From NCBI GenBank assembly GCA_964364975.1, contig CAYIOH010000001.1, forward strand, positions 1 through 36,637: a stretch of DNA of 36,637 nt, in the 5' to 3' direction. The notes below the pieces were generated by a model, which saw only the letters and a list, made by a program, of their open reading frames with translations, did not search any database and was not told where the DNA came from. The position numbers and the translations under genes were made by a program. The DNA is from an uncultured Bifidobacteriaceae bacterium. Lineage in GTDB: Bacteria > Verrucomicrobiota > Verrucomicrobiia > Limisphaerales > JADLHS01. This document shows, piece by piece, positions 26,192-34,743 of the stretch. The first letter of the stretch is position 1; each line of letters starts with the position of its first letter.

Positions 26192-27196
26192 TCAGAACTG
26201 GAGCAAGCCGGCTGAGCGCGCCCACAGTAGAGTCTGGCTAATGCCCTCGCGCAACGGCATGCACGGCTTCCAACCGAGCCGTCGCACCGCGCCTTCCATG
26301 GCGAAGGCGCGGTGCACGCTTGGCCAAATCGGCGCAAGCGGATAACCCAGTTCGCCTGCGCCGCCTACGCCAAACCACCGCTGAATTTGTACCTGGAGAT
26401 TGACGTAAAACCAATCGCTCAACTTGCGCCGTCCGCACGAGAACGGAATCCTCATAGCATCGGCGCAGAAGTGGAACATCTCTTCAACAGTTGCGGCCTG
26501 CCCTACAAGATTTTCCACGCCCGCCTGAGTGCCCATACCCGACGCAATCAATCCGTCGGCCACGTCCTCATTCCATATCGGACTCCAATAAAACCTGCCA
26601 AACAGCGGGAGGTACTCCCATAGCATCCCGCGGTTCAGTAGAGCCCGCGCGAACTGGACAACGAAGCTATCCCAGCCCAGGCCATAGACATTGCCGATGC
26701 GCAAACAGATCGGCGCGATGCCATCACGAGCGAGTTGCAACACGTGTTTTTCCGCGATGATTTTGCTCTTGCCGTATGCCGTCAGCGGCCGGTAGGCACG
26801 TTCCGGCGGTGCGGGAACTTCCGACAGACGAAACGCGCCAGCCGCTTCGATGCTGCTCGCATAGACAAATCGGCGGGCGCCTGAGCGGCGCGCGAAGCTG
26901 GCCATCGCTTCCGTCCCACCGACATTAGTCGCCAGCAATTCTTCGAGCCGGCCGAAGTAGTCGAGCGATGCCGCTAAATGAAAGATCACGTCATAATTCG
27001 CCGGCGCTTCGAGTAAGTGTTTGACGGTGCTGACATCAGACAGATCGCCCGCGAAGTAGTCGAGTCGCTCATGCCGTAGCAGGCCGGACTTTTGCGGATC
27101 GCGTGTGAGCGCGGTAACTTCCCATCCAGCGTTGACCAGTTTGGGTAAAAACGTACGACCGACGACGCCGGTGCCACCCGTAACGAAGGCTTTCAT
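26192..27196 (-). CDS. NAD-dependent epimerase/dehydratase (extended SDR)
   Basis: The ORF is open to 27247. The ATG at 27196 overlaps the upstream stop (ATGA). MKAFVTGGTGVVGRTF Rossmann motif and YGKSK catalytic YxxxK. Confidence 0.8.
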   Translation of the reverse strand: MKAFVTGGTGVVGRTFLPKLVNAGWEVTALTRDPQKSGLLRHERLDYFAGDLSDVSTVKHLLEAPANYDVIFHLAASLDYFGRLEELLATNVGGTEAMASFARRSGARRFVYASSIEAAGAFRLSEVPAPPERAYRPLTAYGKSKIIAEKHVLQLARDGIAPICLRIGNVYGLGWDSFVVQFARALLNRGMLWEYLPLFGRFYWSPIWNEDVADGLIASGMGTQAGVENLVGQAATVEEMFHFCADAMRIPFSCGRRKLSDWFYVNLQVQIQRWFGVGGAGELGYPLAPIWPSVHRAFAMEGAVRRLGWKPCMPLREGISQTLLWARSAGLLQF

Positions 27197-28590
27197 GGTG
27201 CAGAAAGAATCGAGATAAGACCGGAGTGGTGGCGCGCTGGCGGGCAACGTTGCACGATGAGCGGCTGCTTGCCGCGCGGAGTTCTTGGGATTGAGGTAAC
27301 TTGCTCGATCGTGAGCTTCACGTCGCCGCCGAGCTTCTCACCAACGAGCCTGATGATGGCCGATTCATCCTCGCGCGTGAACCCCGGTAGCGGCACGACG
27401 CGCAATACCACACGTCCTGGTTCTTCCTGGACAAACTGGTGCGCGAACACAAGCCGGAACTCGTCGCTGTGGAAGTTAAGAGCCGAAATCGGCACTACGC
27501 GACCCTGCTGGCCAAGGAGAAAATCACTAAGCCGACCATCAATCGCAGTCAACACCAAGTGTGTGCGCTTGCACTGCGGGCAGCGGTTCCCGAGCGTTGC
27601 ACGGTCGCCCGTGCGATACCGGATAAACGGTGTGGCTAGATTCGCGAATCCAGTCAGCACGATTTCGCCCGATTCGCCGGGGTTCTGCACAGGGTGGCCG
27701 TCTTCACCGATCAGTTCGAGCACGCCGGATTGCGGCCAGTGGTGAAAAGTGTCCGCGTGCTCGCAACCTGAGGCGAACCCAGCAAGTTCAGACATCCCGT
27801 ACCACTGAAATATCCGTGCTTGGGGAAAGGCCGCCCTAAGAACCCCACTCTGGTCCGAAGTCAGCGTCTCCGACGCCAGCAGGAGCCCACGCACATCCGG
27901 CATTGCTCCGGGTGCGGGAACCAGTTTCGCAAAGGCCGTCGCCGTCGAGGGAAAGGCCACAATGAACTTGGGCTGGAACCCACGCACGCGCGACCACCAG
28001 TCGCAGGCTGCGCTGGCATCCAGCGCGTGGATCGAAAGATAAATGCGGCTAGGATCGCTTGACGGGCGGAGCAAGCCGCCTCCGGAGAATGCCCACGTGA
28101 GATCGAGCGCGCGCGCGCCCAAGTCGTAGCCGGCCCGGCGCCACATTGCGTGCCGCCACGCGTCAAAAACCGCGTCGTAGGTCTGCGCATCGACCATGAA
28201 ACGCGTCGGCGTGCCCGTGGTGCCGCCGGAAGTAATCGGTCGCAAAGTCTTACTCGGCCGATTCTCTGCAATGAACTCATCTCCTTGAGTGCGCAACTCT
28301 TCCTTGGTGAAGAACGGAAGCCCACACAGATCTTCCAACCGCTCCAGGCAACCGCAGAACCCAGCAGCCCGCAGCTTGCGGGCATGTCCGCGACAATGCC
28401 TGAACGCGTGTCCAAGCAAGTGGTTCAACTGGCGGAGTTGCCATGCCGCTATCCGCTCGGCTTCCCAGTGATCACTGCGCACGAGGAAAGCTGCCGTGCG
28501 CGAATACTGATCATGCCAGCACGACGGCACGGGTGCCAGTCGCCGCAACGCGGCTCCCGGTCGTCGGAATAATCCAATCAACTTCTTCAC
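27193..28590 (-). CDS. Adenylate-forming enzyme, phenylacetate-CoA ligase/CapK-like
   Basis: The ORF is open to 28617. The GTG at 28590 overlaps the upstream stop (GTGA). ITSGGTTGTPTRF (AMP-binding P-loop-like motif), YGMSE, YRTGD and a C-terminal PRTPRGK are typical of the PaaK/CapK/F390-synthetase family. Confidence 0.7.
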   Translation of the reverse strand: MKKLIGLFRRPGAALRRLAPVPSCWHDQYSRTAAFLVRSDHWEAERIAAWQLRQLNHLLGHAFRHCRGHARKLRAAGFCGCLERLEDLCGLPFFTKEELRTQGDEFIAENRPSKTLRPITSGGTTGTPTRFMVDAQTYDAVFDAWRHAMWRRAGYDLGARALDLTWAFSGGGLLRPSSDPSRIYLSIHALDASAACDWWSRVRGFQPKFIVAFPSTATAFAKLVPAPGAMPDVRGLLLASETLTSDQSGVLRAAFPQARIFQWYGMSELAGFASGCEHADTFHHWPQSGVLELIGEDGHPVQNPGESGEIVLTGFANLATPFIRYRTGDRATLGNRCPQCKRTHLVLTAIDGRLSDFLLGQQGRVVPISALNFHSDEFRLVFAHQFVQEEPGRVVLRVVPLPGFTREDESAIIRLVGEKLGGDVKLTIEQVTSIPRTPRGKQPLIVQRCPPARHHSGLISILSAP

Positions 28591-29420
28591 GTTGAAGCAT
28601 TCCTGGGGCGACCCCACCCGGAGACAGAAAACTCATATTCCCCCGAGGCAATCATCAGAAGGACCTGGAACACGACGAAAACTCTACCACGCCATCGCCG
28701 CCGCTTGCGGAGGGATCTGAGCATCCCGGGAGTGATACTGCGCCCGTGGGCAACATAGCCGCTCGTCGCCAGCAACTCGCGCAAGGCCTCCACAGTCCAA
28801 CGAGTGAGAAAATCCGGCGGATATCCAGTGCGACGGTCAACGCCGGGGAGCTTCAGCGGCCGGCGGAGACTCGGGGCCGTGATAAAAACCTGCGCTCGCG
28901 GAAGTCGGGCACGCAAGGCTGCCATAAATACCGCGGGTTGCGCCACACGGACGAGGCTTTCCAAAATAATCACGGCGTCAGCCTCCGACCAATCCGGCGG
29001 CAGTTCAGCGGGGTTGGCTGTCTGCATTGACGTGAAGCCATGCTTACGCAGTACGGAGACGTGAGAGGCAAGCGGGTCCGCCAAGCGCACCTCGTAGCCA
29101 AAGGACCTCAACTGCCATGCAAAACGTCCGGTCTCGGCGAATAGTTCCACAATCTCCGCGCCGGGGCTCAAGTTTCCTCGCACCCATTCGAGCGCCGCTT
29201 GCTCGTTTGGCGTCAGCCAAGTCTTGATCAGTTCGGGTGTGGCCCTTCCAAGCAAGTCATCTGCGTCCTCTGAAAAGTCAGGGTAAACCGGCCCGCTTAT
29301 CGGTTGGGGCTCGAGCCATTGCAACCCCGTCCGCCCGCAGCGAAAGTAAGCGCAGCCAGGCAGCCACTCGACCGCCTCCGCATGCGTTTCACGCCCCGTG
29401 ATAGGGTGTTTCAAGATCAT
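28587..29420 (-). CDS. Putative SAM-dependent methyltransferase-like protein
   Basis: The ORF is open to 29582. The ATG at 29420 overlaps the wzt stop (ATGA). [14 protein letters not shown]...VRLADP...[10 protein letters not shown] is weakly class-I-MTase-like. Function is tentative. Confidence 0.4.
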   Translation of the reverse strand: MILKHPITGRETHAEAVEWLPGCAYFRCGRTGLQWLEPQPISGPVYPDFSEDADDLLGRATPELIKTWLTPNEQAALEWVRGNLSPGAEIVELFAETGRFAWQLRSFGYEVRLADPLASHVSVLRKHGFTSMQTANPAELPPDWSEADAVIILESLVRVAQPAVFMAALRARLPRAQVFITAPSLRRPLKLPGVDRRTGYPPDFLTRWTVEALRELLATSGYVAHGRSITPGMLRSLRKRRRWRGRVFVVFQVLLMIASGEYEFSVSGWGRPRNAST

Positions 29421-30778
29421 GAGGAAATTCGCCTCGAACTCCATGGAAGCAGCGGCGCGACCAGGCCGAGCCGAGCGTCGTTGACATCGGCGATAATACC
29501 GGCCACTGGTTCGATCGAAAAACTCGCGGCTTGATCCACTGAGAGCACCCCACACACCATCGGGATATCGATGCCAACCCAAAGGTAGTAGCGTCCACGG
29601 TTGAGCAGGTGAGCGGGAAACTCCACCTCGGAAACGTACGCGCCCGCTGGACGCGCTTGGAGTTTGCCTCCGAGCGAATCGCAGTCCGTCGTGGTTAACA
29701 CCACCGTGGTGTCCTGAGCGTGCAAACGGAAACCCAAACGCAATTGCGGCATGGCGGCAGTCAATTCGTAGGTCAGTCGCACACGGAAAGGTTCGTGGTT
29801 CGGCAAGAATGAGGAAGGATTGCCTTCTGAATTGAGAACTTCGACGGAGCGAAGAATCAACGGATGCTCGGCAGCTTTGAGGTTGAGCTTGCCGTTGTCG
29901 GAGTGCCGAGCGGCGCTGTCATTGAGGTAACGGGCGATCACTCTCGCGGGATCGCTCTGATCAGTCAACCGTCCAGCGTTCAGCAGAATGGCGCGAGAGC
30001 AAAGATTGCCAACTGTTCCCATGTTGTGGCTGACGAACAGAACGGTGCGTCCTTGCTGGTGGGCCACTTCGTCCATCTTACCCAAACATTTCTTCTGAAA
30101 CGACGTGTCCCCTACTGCCAGCACTTCGTCCACCACCAGAATTTCCGGTTCCAAATGCGCCGCCACCGCAAACGCCAGCCGCACATACATGCCGCTGCTG
30201 TAGTGTTTCACCGGCGTGTCCAGAAACCTTTCCACTTCCGCAAACGCCACGATTTCGTCGAACTTCTTTTTGATCTCCGCCCGGCTCATTCCCAGGATGG
30301 CGCCGTTCAGGAAGATGTTTTCCCGCCCCGTCAATTCGGGATGGAACCCCGTTCCCACTTCCAACAAACTCGCCACGCGCCCTTTGATGCGTATCTTACC
30401 CGTAGTCGGCTCGGTGATGCGGCTGAGAATTTTGAGCAGCGTGCTTTTCCCCGCGCCGTTGCGCCCGATGATGCCGACCACTTCGCCTTGTTTGACCTCG
30501 AAGGAAACGTCGCGCAAGGCCCAAAAATCTTCGGTTCGTGGAAGACTGGAGTTAGAAGACGGGAGATGGGAGCCGGGAGATCGAACCGAACTGCTATCTG
30601 CTATCTTCGACCTGCCAAAGCCCCAGAGGCGACGGGCGAGGGAGCGGGGAGCACAGAGCGCGGAGCCGGCCTTCTCGGCCAGCACGTCGCGCAGGGCGGT
30701 GTAGCGCTGCCGCTGGGCCTGGTGTTGCAGACGGTATTTCTTGCCGAGGTTCTCGACCGATATGATCGCTTCGCTCAT
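29417..30778 (-). CDS. wzt: O-antigen/polysaccharide ABC exporter ATP-binding protein (Wzt/TagH type) with C-terminal glycan-binding (Wzt_C-like) domain and a 42-codon repeat-derived insert
   Basis: The ATG at 30778 ([17 protein letters not shown]) is the family-typical start; the ORF is open to 30913. Walker [10 protein letters not shown], signature YSSGM, Walker B ILVVDE. A ~170-aa C-terminal beta-rich extension follows. The insert SALCAP...NSSLP coincides with the array at 30541-30666. Confidence 0.9.
   Translation of the reverse strand: MSEAIISVENLGKKYRLQHQAQRQRYTALRDVLAEKAGSALCAPRSLARRLWGFGRSKIADSSSVRSPGSHLPSSNSSLPRTEDFWALRDVSFEVKQGEVVGIIGRNGAGKSTLLKILSRITEPTTGKIRIKGRVASLLEVGTGFHPELTGRENIFLNGAILGMSRAEIKKKFDEIVAFAEVERFLDTPVKHYSSGMYVRLAFAVAAHLEPEILVVDEVLAVGDTSFQKKCLGKMDEVAHQQGRTVLFVSHNMGTVGNLCSRAILLNAGRLTDQSDPARVIARYLNDSAARHSDNGKLNLKAAEHPLILRSVEVLNSEGNPSSFLPNHEPFRVRLTYELTAAMPQLRLGFRLHAQDTTVVLTTTDCDSLGGKLQARPAGAYVSEVEFPAHLLNRGRYYLWVGIDIPMVCGVLSVDQAASFSIEPVAGIIADVNDARLGLVAPLLPWSSRRISS
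30541..30666. repeat. Mosaic heptamer array (18 units = 126 bp = 42 codons) inside the wzt CDS
   Basis: GAAGACT GGAGTTA GAAGACG GGAGATG GGAGCCG GGAGATC GAACCGA ACTGCTA TCTGCTA TCTTCGA CCTGCCA AAGCCCC AGAGGCG ACGGGCG AGGGAGC GGGGAGC ACAGAGC GCGGAGC. Confidence 0.8.
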
Positions 30779-30809
30779 TTTCCAAAAAAGCAACAATCTA
30801 AAACGCTGA

Positions 30810-30854
30810 CAAACTGAAAGTTGAAGATTGCAAGGCTGGCACGCCAAACTGAAA
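30810..30854. promoter_or_regulatory. 10-bp direct repeat CAAACTGAAA x2 (35-bp spacing) in the AT-rich gap upstream of wzt
   Basis: CAAACTGAAA at 30810-30819 and 30845-30854. This is the only clearly AT-rich stretch directly 5' of the wzt start (30778). A regulatory role is speculative. Confidence 0.2.
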
Positions 30855-30866
30855 TCATTGCTGCTT

Positions 30867-31558
30867 TCAGCGCTCCCTTTCGGCACGCCTGACCCACGAA
30901 TCGTGAATCTCAACGAATGTGGTGCGCAGATCCCTGGTGATGGTCCAACTGGGGTAGTGGGTCTTCATCTTGTCGAGGTTCGAGATGTAGCAGATGTGGT
31001 CGCCTTGCCGGTTTTGGTCCACATATACGTAATTCATTTTCTTGCCGGAGATTTCCGAGATCAAGTCAAAGGCTTCCAGAATGGAAACGGAGTTGGCGCG
31101 GCTGCCGCCCAGGTTGTAAACCTCGCCGCAGCGCGGCGACTCAATAAATCGGCGCATGAATTGCACGACATCGTGGCTGTGGATGTTGTCGCGCACCTGC
31201 TTGCCCTTGTAACCGAAAACCTTGTACGCGCGGCCCGCCAGGTTACACTTGATGAGGTAGCTAGGAAGCCGTGCAACTCGACGCCGCTGTGGTTCGGTCC
31301 CGTAAGGCAACCGCCGCGCAGGCAGCAGGCGGGCATCCCGAAGTAGCGGCCGTATTCCTGTACCATGACGTCCGCCGCCACCTTCGATGCGCCGAAAATG
31401 GAGTGCTTACTCTGGTCAATGCGGAAGGTTTCCCGGATGCCATCCGCGTAGGCCGGATCGGCATAGTCCCATCGCTGGTCGAGTTCCATGAGTGGAATCT
31501 CGTTGGGCGCGTCGCCATAAACCTTGTTCGTGCTCATGTGGACGAATGGGGCTATTGC
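30867..31558 (-). pseudogene. C-terminal two-thirds of an SDR epimerase (CDP-paratose-2-epimerase-like family), frameshifted
   Basis: Two overlapping ORF fragments (31061-31537 and 30867-31310). They read [20 protein letters not shown]...GASKVAAD...VELHGFL and then, in another frame, [31 protein letters not shown]...GDHICYISNL. The frame switch is near 31262. An in-frame TAG at 31559-31561 bounds the homology. Confidence 0.75.
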
Positions 31559-31570
31559 CTAGCTTTCGAC

Positions 31571-31739
31571 GGTGATGATGACGGAGTCACCCATCGGGAT
31601 AGAAGACACGGCTCTTGCTGGAAGATGGCGGATAGCAGATGGAAGATTGTTCCACTACTTCCCGTTTCGCTTTTCCAACTGTAATCTCTGGTCTTTGATC
31701 TATCATCTTCATACTTCCAACTCCCATCTTCGCGCGGCT
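31571..31739. repeat. Heptamer-periodic spacer between the wzm stop and the epimerase C-terminal pseudogene fragment
   Basis: GAAGATG GCGGATA GCAGATG GAAGATT GTTCCAC TACTTCC CGTTTCG CTTTTCC AACTGTA ATCTCTG GTCTTTG ATCTATC ATCTTCA TACTTCC AACTCCC ATCTTCG. GAAGAT-type units on the left and their complements (ATCTTC) on the right give imperfect dyad symmetry. Confidence 0.75.
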
Positions 31740-31744
31740 GGCGC

Positions 31745-32611
31745 TCAGATAACGTCTGCAAACGTGCGCTCCATCTTCCGGAAGTACCAGATACCTAGAA
31801 AGAGCAGCACAACCACCAGCGCTATAGAAAGACAGAACCCCGGCCAGTAGATCTTGCTGTGACCGCCTAGGATTGCCCAACGGAATCCGTCAATAACACC
31901 CACCATCGGGTTAAGGGAATAAATGGTGAAGAGAGTGCCGCCAAAGCGTTCACGGATGACCGAGCTGCTGAAGCCGACGGGCGAGGCATAAAGACCAAAC
32001 TGGACGAGAAACGGAATCACATAACGGAAATCACGGTACTTGACGTTGAGGGCGGTGATCAGAAGGCCCGGCCCAATGGCGGCGAGAAAGGCCAGCGCAA
32101 TGAACAGGGGCAGCGTCACAATGCGCCAATCCGGCCAGAATTGAAACCAAGCCATCATGGCCACCAGGATGCCAAAGGCGATCAGGAAATCTACAAAGCT
32201 GGTGATGACCGCGCCGGCCGGGATGATCATGCGGGGGAAATAGACTTTGGAGATGAGATTGGCGTTGCCCACCAGGCTCTGGCTGGCTGAGGACAGCGAG
32301 GTGGAGAAGAACATCCAAGGCAGCATGGCCGCGAAGACCATGACCGAGTAGGGGGCGGTGCCCTCAGTCGGCAGCTTCGCGACTTTGCCGAACACGACGG
32401 TCATGATGAGCATGGTCAGCAGCGGCTGGATAAGCGCCCACGCAACGCCAATGACAGTCTGCTTGTAACGGACCGCAATGTCCCGCCAAGCCAGAATGTA
32501 AAAGAGCTCACGGTAGCGCCAAAGGTCGCGCCAGTATTGGCGTTGCGTGCGCCCCGGTTCGATGATCAATTCGTGGGACACGATGGGGTTGGGAGCTAGC
32601 TCATGGTGCAT
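31745..32611 (-). CDS. wzm: ABC-2 type polysaccharide exporter permease
   Basis: WRDLWRYRELFYILAWRDIAVRYKQTVIGVAWALIQPLL is the Wzm/ABC-2 N-terminal signature, followed by 6 TM segments. The ATG at 32611 is proposed as the start. The ORF stays open to 32800 because it runs in frame out of the epimerase N-terminal fragment. Confidence 0.85.
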   Translation of the reverse strand: MHHELAPNPIVSHELIIEPGRTQRQYWRDLWRYRELFYILAWRDIAVRYKQTVIGVAWALIQPLLTMLIMTVVFGKVAKLPTEGTAPYSVMVFAAMLPWMFFSTSLSSASQSLVGNANLISKVYFPRMIIPAGAVITSFVDFLIAFGILVAMMAWFQFWPDWRIVTLPLFIALAFLAAIGPGLLITALNVKYRDFRYVIPFLVQFGLYASPVGFSSSVIRERFGGTLFTIYSLNPMVGVIDGFRWAILGGHSKIYWPGFCLSIALVVVLLFLGIWYFRKMERTFADVI

Positions 32612-32793
32612 GAAGCCGGGAAGTTCCCGCTGCAGGCGTTGCTGGTTCCAACGCGTGTCCCCATGCGGCCCGAAAAAAACCGCGCGCTGGTTGTTGGCCA
32701 CTCCGTGAATGGCATAACCCAGCTCCCGGGGAAAAAAGCGCCAACTTTGGACCCGATGAGGCCGGAGGAACCCGTCACGAGAAGCGTCTTCAT
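32597..32793 (-). pseudogene. N-terminal ~65 codons of the same SDR epimerase, frameshifted at a homopolymer and fused in frame to wzm
   Basis: MKTLLVTGSSGLIGS (frame of ORF 32596-32793), then FFPRELGYAIHGVANNQRAVFFGPHGDTRWNQQRLQRELPGFMHHEL (frame of ORF 31745-32800). The frame switch is at the GGGGAAAAAA run, 32728-32737. Confidence 0.7.
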
Positions 32794-32827
32794 GGTTCAC
32801 TTGTCATCAGCGATCCGTGGTCCGTCG

Positions 32828-33451
32828 TCAGTATTTGACGACGTAGTAAGCGAACTTAAGGACCTCGTTTTGGAAAGCAAGCAGCCCTTCCTCGTGCTGC
32901 CAATAGTTGGCCGCCGTGTAGTCGCTCGAGGCGACGGCCTCAGTGCGAATATCAACGCTCGTTCCGTTGAGCGCTTTGTGAAAAAGCCATTTCACGCGCC
33001 GCGTATGGAAAAGATCGGTGGGTATGATGAGTCGTTTGGCGTGGCTTGCCTTCACCCATCCCTGCACAGCCAAGGATTCATCGCGGGTGCTCATCACTCC
33101 GTTACCGATCTCGATCACGGCTTCAGGCGGCACCTGGTTGCTGAACAAAACCAACTTTGCGACGTGAGTATGCGGCAGGGTGATTCCCAATTCATCGGTA
33201 TAGTTGCTGCGCACGTTCAGCAGCAGGATTCGGGGTGCGAGTCCCTGCTGAAAAAGCCGCGCGGCTTCAAACGGGCGCGTGTCCAATCCGCCGCCCAAAA
33301 CCACGATAGCGTCGGCCTTTTCCAGCTTGTCATTGACGATCCAAGCGTCCGCTAAACCCCGCAAGATCGGGGCGCGGAAGAAGTATGCGACGAGGAGCAA
33401 TGCGCCGAAGGCGCAGGCGCATGAGACAGCTCCTTTGAAGATTTGTCGCAT
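32828..33451 (-). CDS. DUF218 (YdcF/ElyC/SanA-like) protein
   Basis: 207 aa. N-terminal TM helix, ADAIVVLGGGLDTRPFEAARLFQQGLAPRILL and ...THMPRA-like region (LFHTRRV) typical of DUF218. Confidence 0.7.
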   Translation of the reverse strand: MRQIFKGAVSCACAFGALLLVAYFFRAPILRGLADAWIVNDKLEKADAIVVLGGGLDTRPFEAARLFQQGLAPRILLLNVRSNYTDELGITLPHTHVAKLVLFSNQVPPEAVIEIGNGVMSTRDESLAVQGWVKASHAKRLIIPTDLFHTRRVKWLFHKALNGTSVDIRTEAVASSDYTAANYWQHEEGLLAFQNEVLKFAYYVVKY

Positions 33452-33477
33452 CCGGTGCTCAACCCCAGTCTTCAGCG

Positions 33478-34743
33478 TCAGTTTTGTTGGATTGATGAGG
33501 CGGCTGCCGCTTTCGGCGGCGAAAGCGCTTCCAGTCTGGGAACAAGCCGTTCCACGATCTCATGCACGCGAGTTTGGAAGCTTTCGAACGAAAAATCATT
33601 AAGGCTGGCTGAAACAAATCCGCGAGGCCACTTCAGCGCCGCCAGGATTCCTTCCCGGATCTCTGCGGGGTTCCTCGGGTCAACGATGAATCCCAGCTTC
33701 CCACCGCCCACCACCTCGCAGCTCGCGTCGGCTTTGCTCGCAACGACCGGAATTCCACAAGCCATCGCTTCCAAGTAAACGATACCGAATCCTTCACCCC
33801 AGCCCGGCATCACGAAGGCATCCGCCATGCGGTAATGATCCACTTTTTCGTCCTCTGGGATTCGGCCGGCGAAAACGACCTGCGCGGGGTTGAGCGTGGA
33901 GCGTGGAGCGTGGAGGGTCGGGGAGTGGGGCTTCGATACCTCACCCAACCCTCTCCCCGATCGATGCGGAGAGGGCGATGAGTTAGCGCGCGCGCAGTCG
34001 GTCACGGAAAGGCCGAGTGATTGCGCCTTGTTCATCAAGCGCTCCCGGTCCGTTCCATCGCCGACGACGAGGTAGCAAAGACTTGGGATTTCTTTCGACA
34101 AATCAGGCAGAACTTCCATGACTCTGTCCACTCCCTTGTACCGTTCCTGCGCCGAAAGGCGTGCCACGGTCAGCAGGACTGTCCGGTCGCGCAGACAATA
34201 ACGGTCGAGCAGTTGCGAGTTTTTTGGGCCGGGGCGGAAAGCAGCCAACTCGATGCAGTTGGGCAAAATGAAAGTCCGAACGCCGTCCAATCGCGCCCAG
34301 CCCAGAAATCGCTGCTTCGTAAACTCGCTTACCGCAATCAGGGCGTTGATTCTCCTGACCAATCGATTGACCAGCCAACTGCGAGTCGGTTGCCACGCGT
34401 CAATGCCATGGATTACCAACGCGACCGGCGCACGGCAAAACAATCGCGCCGCCAATGCGACCGATAGCAGATTGATGTGGCCGCAAATCAGAAGGTCAGG
34501 GGTCGGAAGTCGGAGAACGGTGGTCAAAACCGTTTTGATATAGCGCAGTTTGCTGCCGACGCCGGAGGTGACGTAGTTAAGCTTCGTCGGCAGTGCGCCG
34601 GGCGGCTCGGGCATCAAGCGTGGAACAGCCACAACTTCTTCAACGTCCTGGGCCGCACAGAGCGCGGTCAGCAGATCGCGATTGAACTTCGCGATGCCTC
34701 CGAAACCGCCGAAGGCGTCCGTCACGAGAACCAGAATGCGCAT
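33478..34743 (-). CDS. Glycosyltransferase family 4 with ~40-codon repeat-derived insert
   Basis: 421 aa. MRILVLVTDAFGGFGGIAKFNRDL N-terminus; VMPGWGEGFGIVYLEAMACGIPVVAS C-domain. The segment VTDCARANSSPSPHRSGRGLGEVSKPHSPTLHAPRSTLNPA coincides with 33892-33982. The start ATG shares one base with the asnB stop (TGATG). Confidence 0.8.
   Translation of the reverse strand: MRILVLVTDAFGGFGGIAKFNRDLLTALCAAQDVEEVVAVPRLMPEPPGALPTKLNYVTSGVGSKLRYIKTVLTTVLRLPTPDLLICGHINLLSVALAARLFCRAPVALVIHGIDAWQPTRSWLVNRLVRRINALIAVSEFTKQRFLGWARLDGVRTFILPNCIELAAFRPGPKNSQLLDRYCLRDRTVLLTVARLSAQERYKGVDRVMEVLPDLSKEIPSLCYLVVGDGTDRERLMNKAQSLGLSVTDCARANSSPSPHRSGRGLGEVSKPHSPTLHAPRSTLNPAQVVFAGRIPEDEKVDHYRMADAFVMPGWGEGFGIVYLEAMACGIPVVASKADASCEVVGGGKLGFIVDPRNPAEIREGILAALKWPRGFVSASLNDFSFESFQTRVHEIVERLVPRLEALSPPKAAAASSIQQN
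33892..33982. repeat. Heptamer array (GAGCGTG)3... plus small hairpin, inside the GT4 CDS
   Basis: GAGCGTG x3 GAGGGTC GGGGAGT GGGGCTT CGATACC TCACCCA ACCCTCT CCCCGAT CGATGCG GAGAGGG CGATGAG. CCCTCTCC (33949-33956) pairs with GGAGAGGG (33968-33975). Confidence 0.8.

Noticed and set aside
9474-30666. Inserts as ordinary native low-complexity protein linkers
   Set aside because: The periodicity is 7 nt rather than 3. The same 7-mers occur in unrelated genes, on both strands and in non-coding DNA, so the signal is at DNA level. This still needs orthologue alignments to confirm.
31258-32601. CTAGCT/AGCTAG motifs at all three lesions of the epimerase pseudogene (32594-32601, 31558-31564, 31258-31264), possibly a specific recombination or engineered stop-linker signature
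   Set aside because: CTAG occurs at many other unremarkable places in the window (e.g. 10150, 15089, 18870, 24484, 28048). The coincidence is not clearly significant without statistics.
32728-32737. Programmed frameshift or sequencing error at GGGGAAAAAA in the epimerase N-terminal fragment
   Set aside because: The gene also has a second frameshift and lacks about 60 central codons, so decay as a pseudogene is the simpler reading. A homopolymer sequencing error at this one site remains possible.
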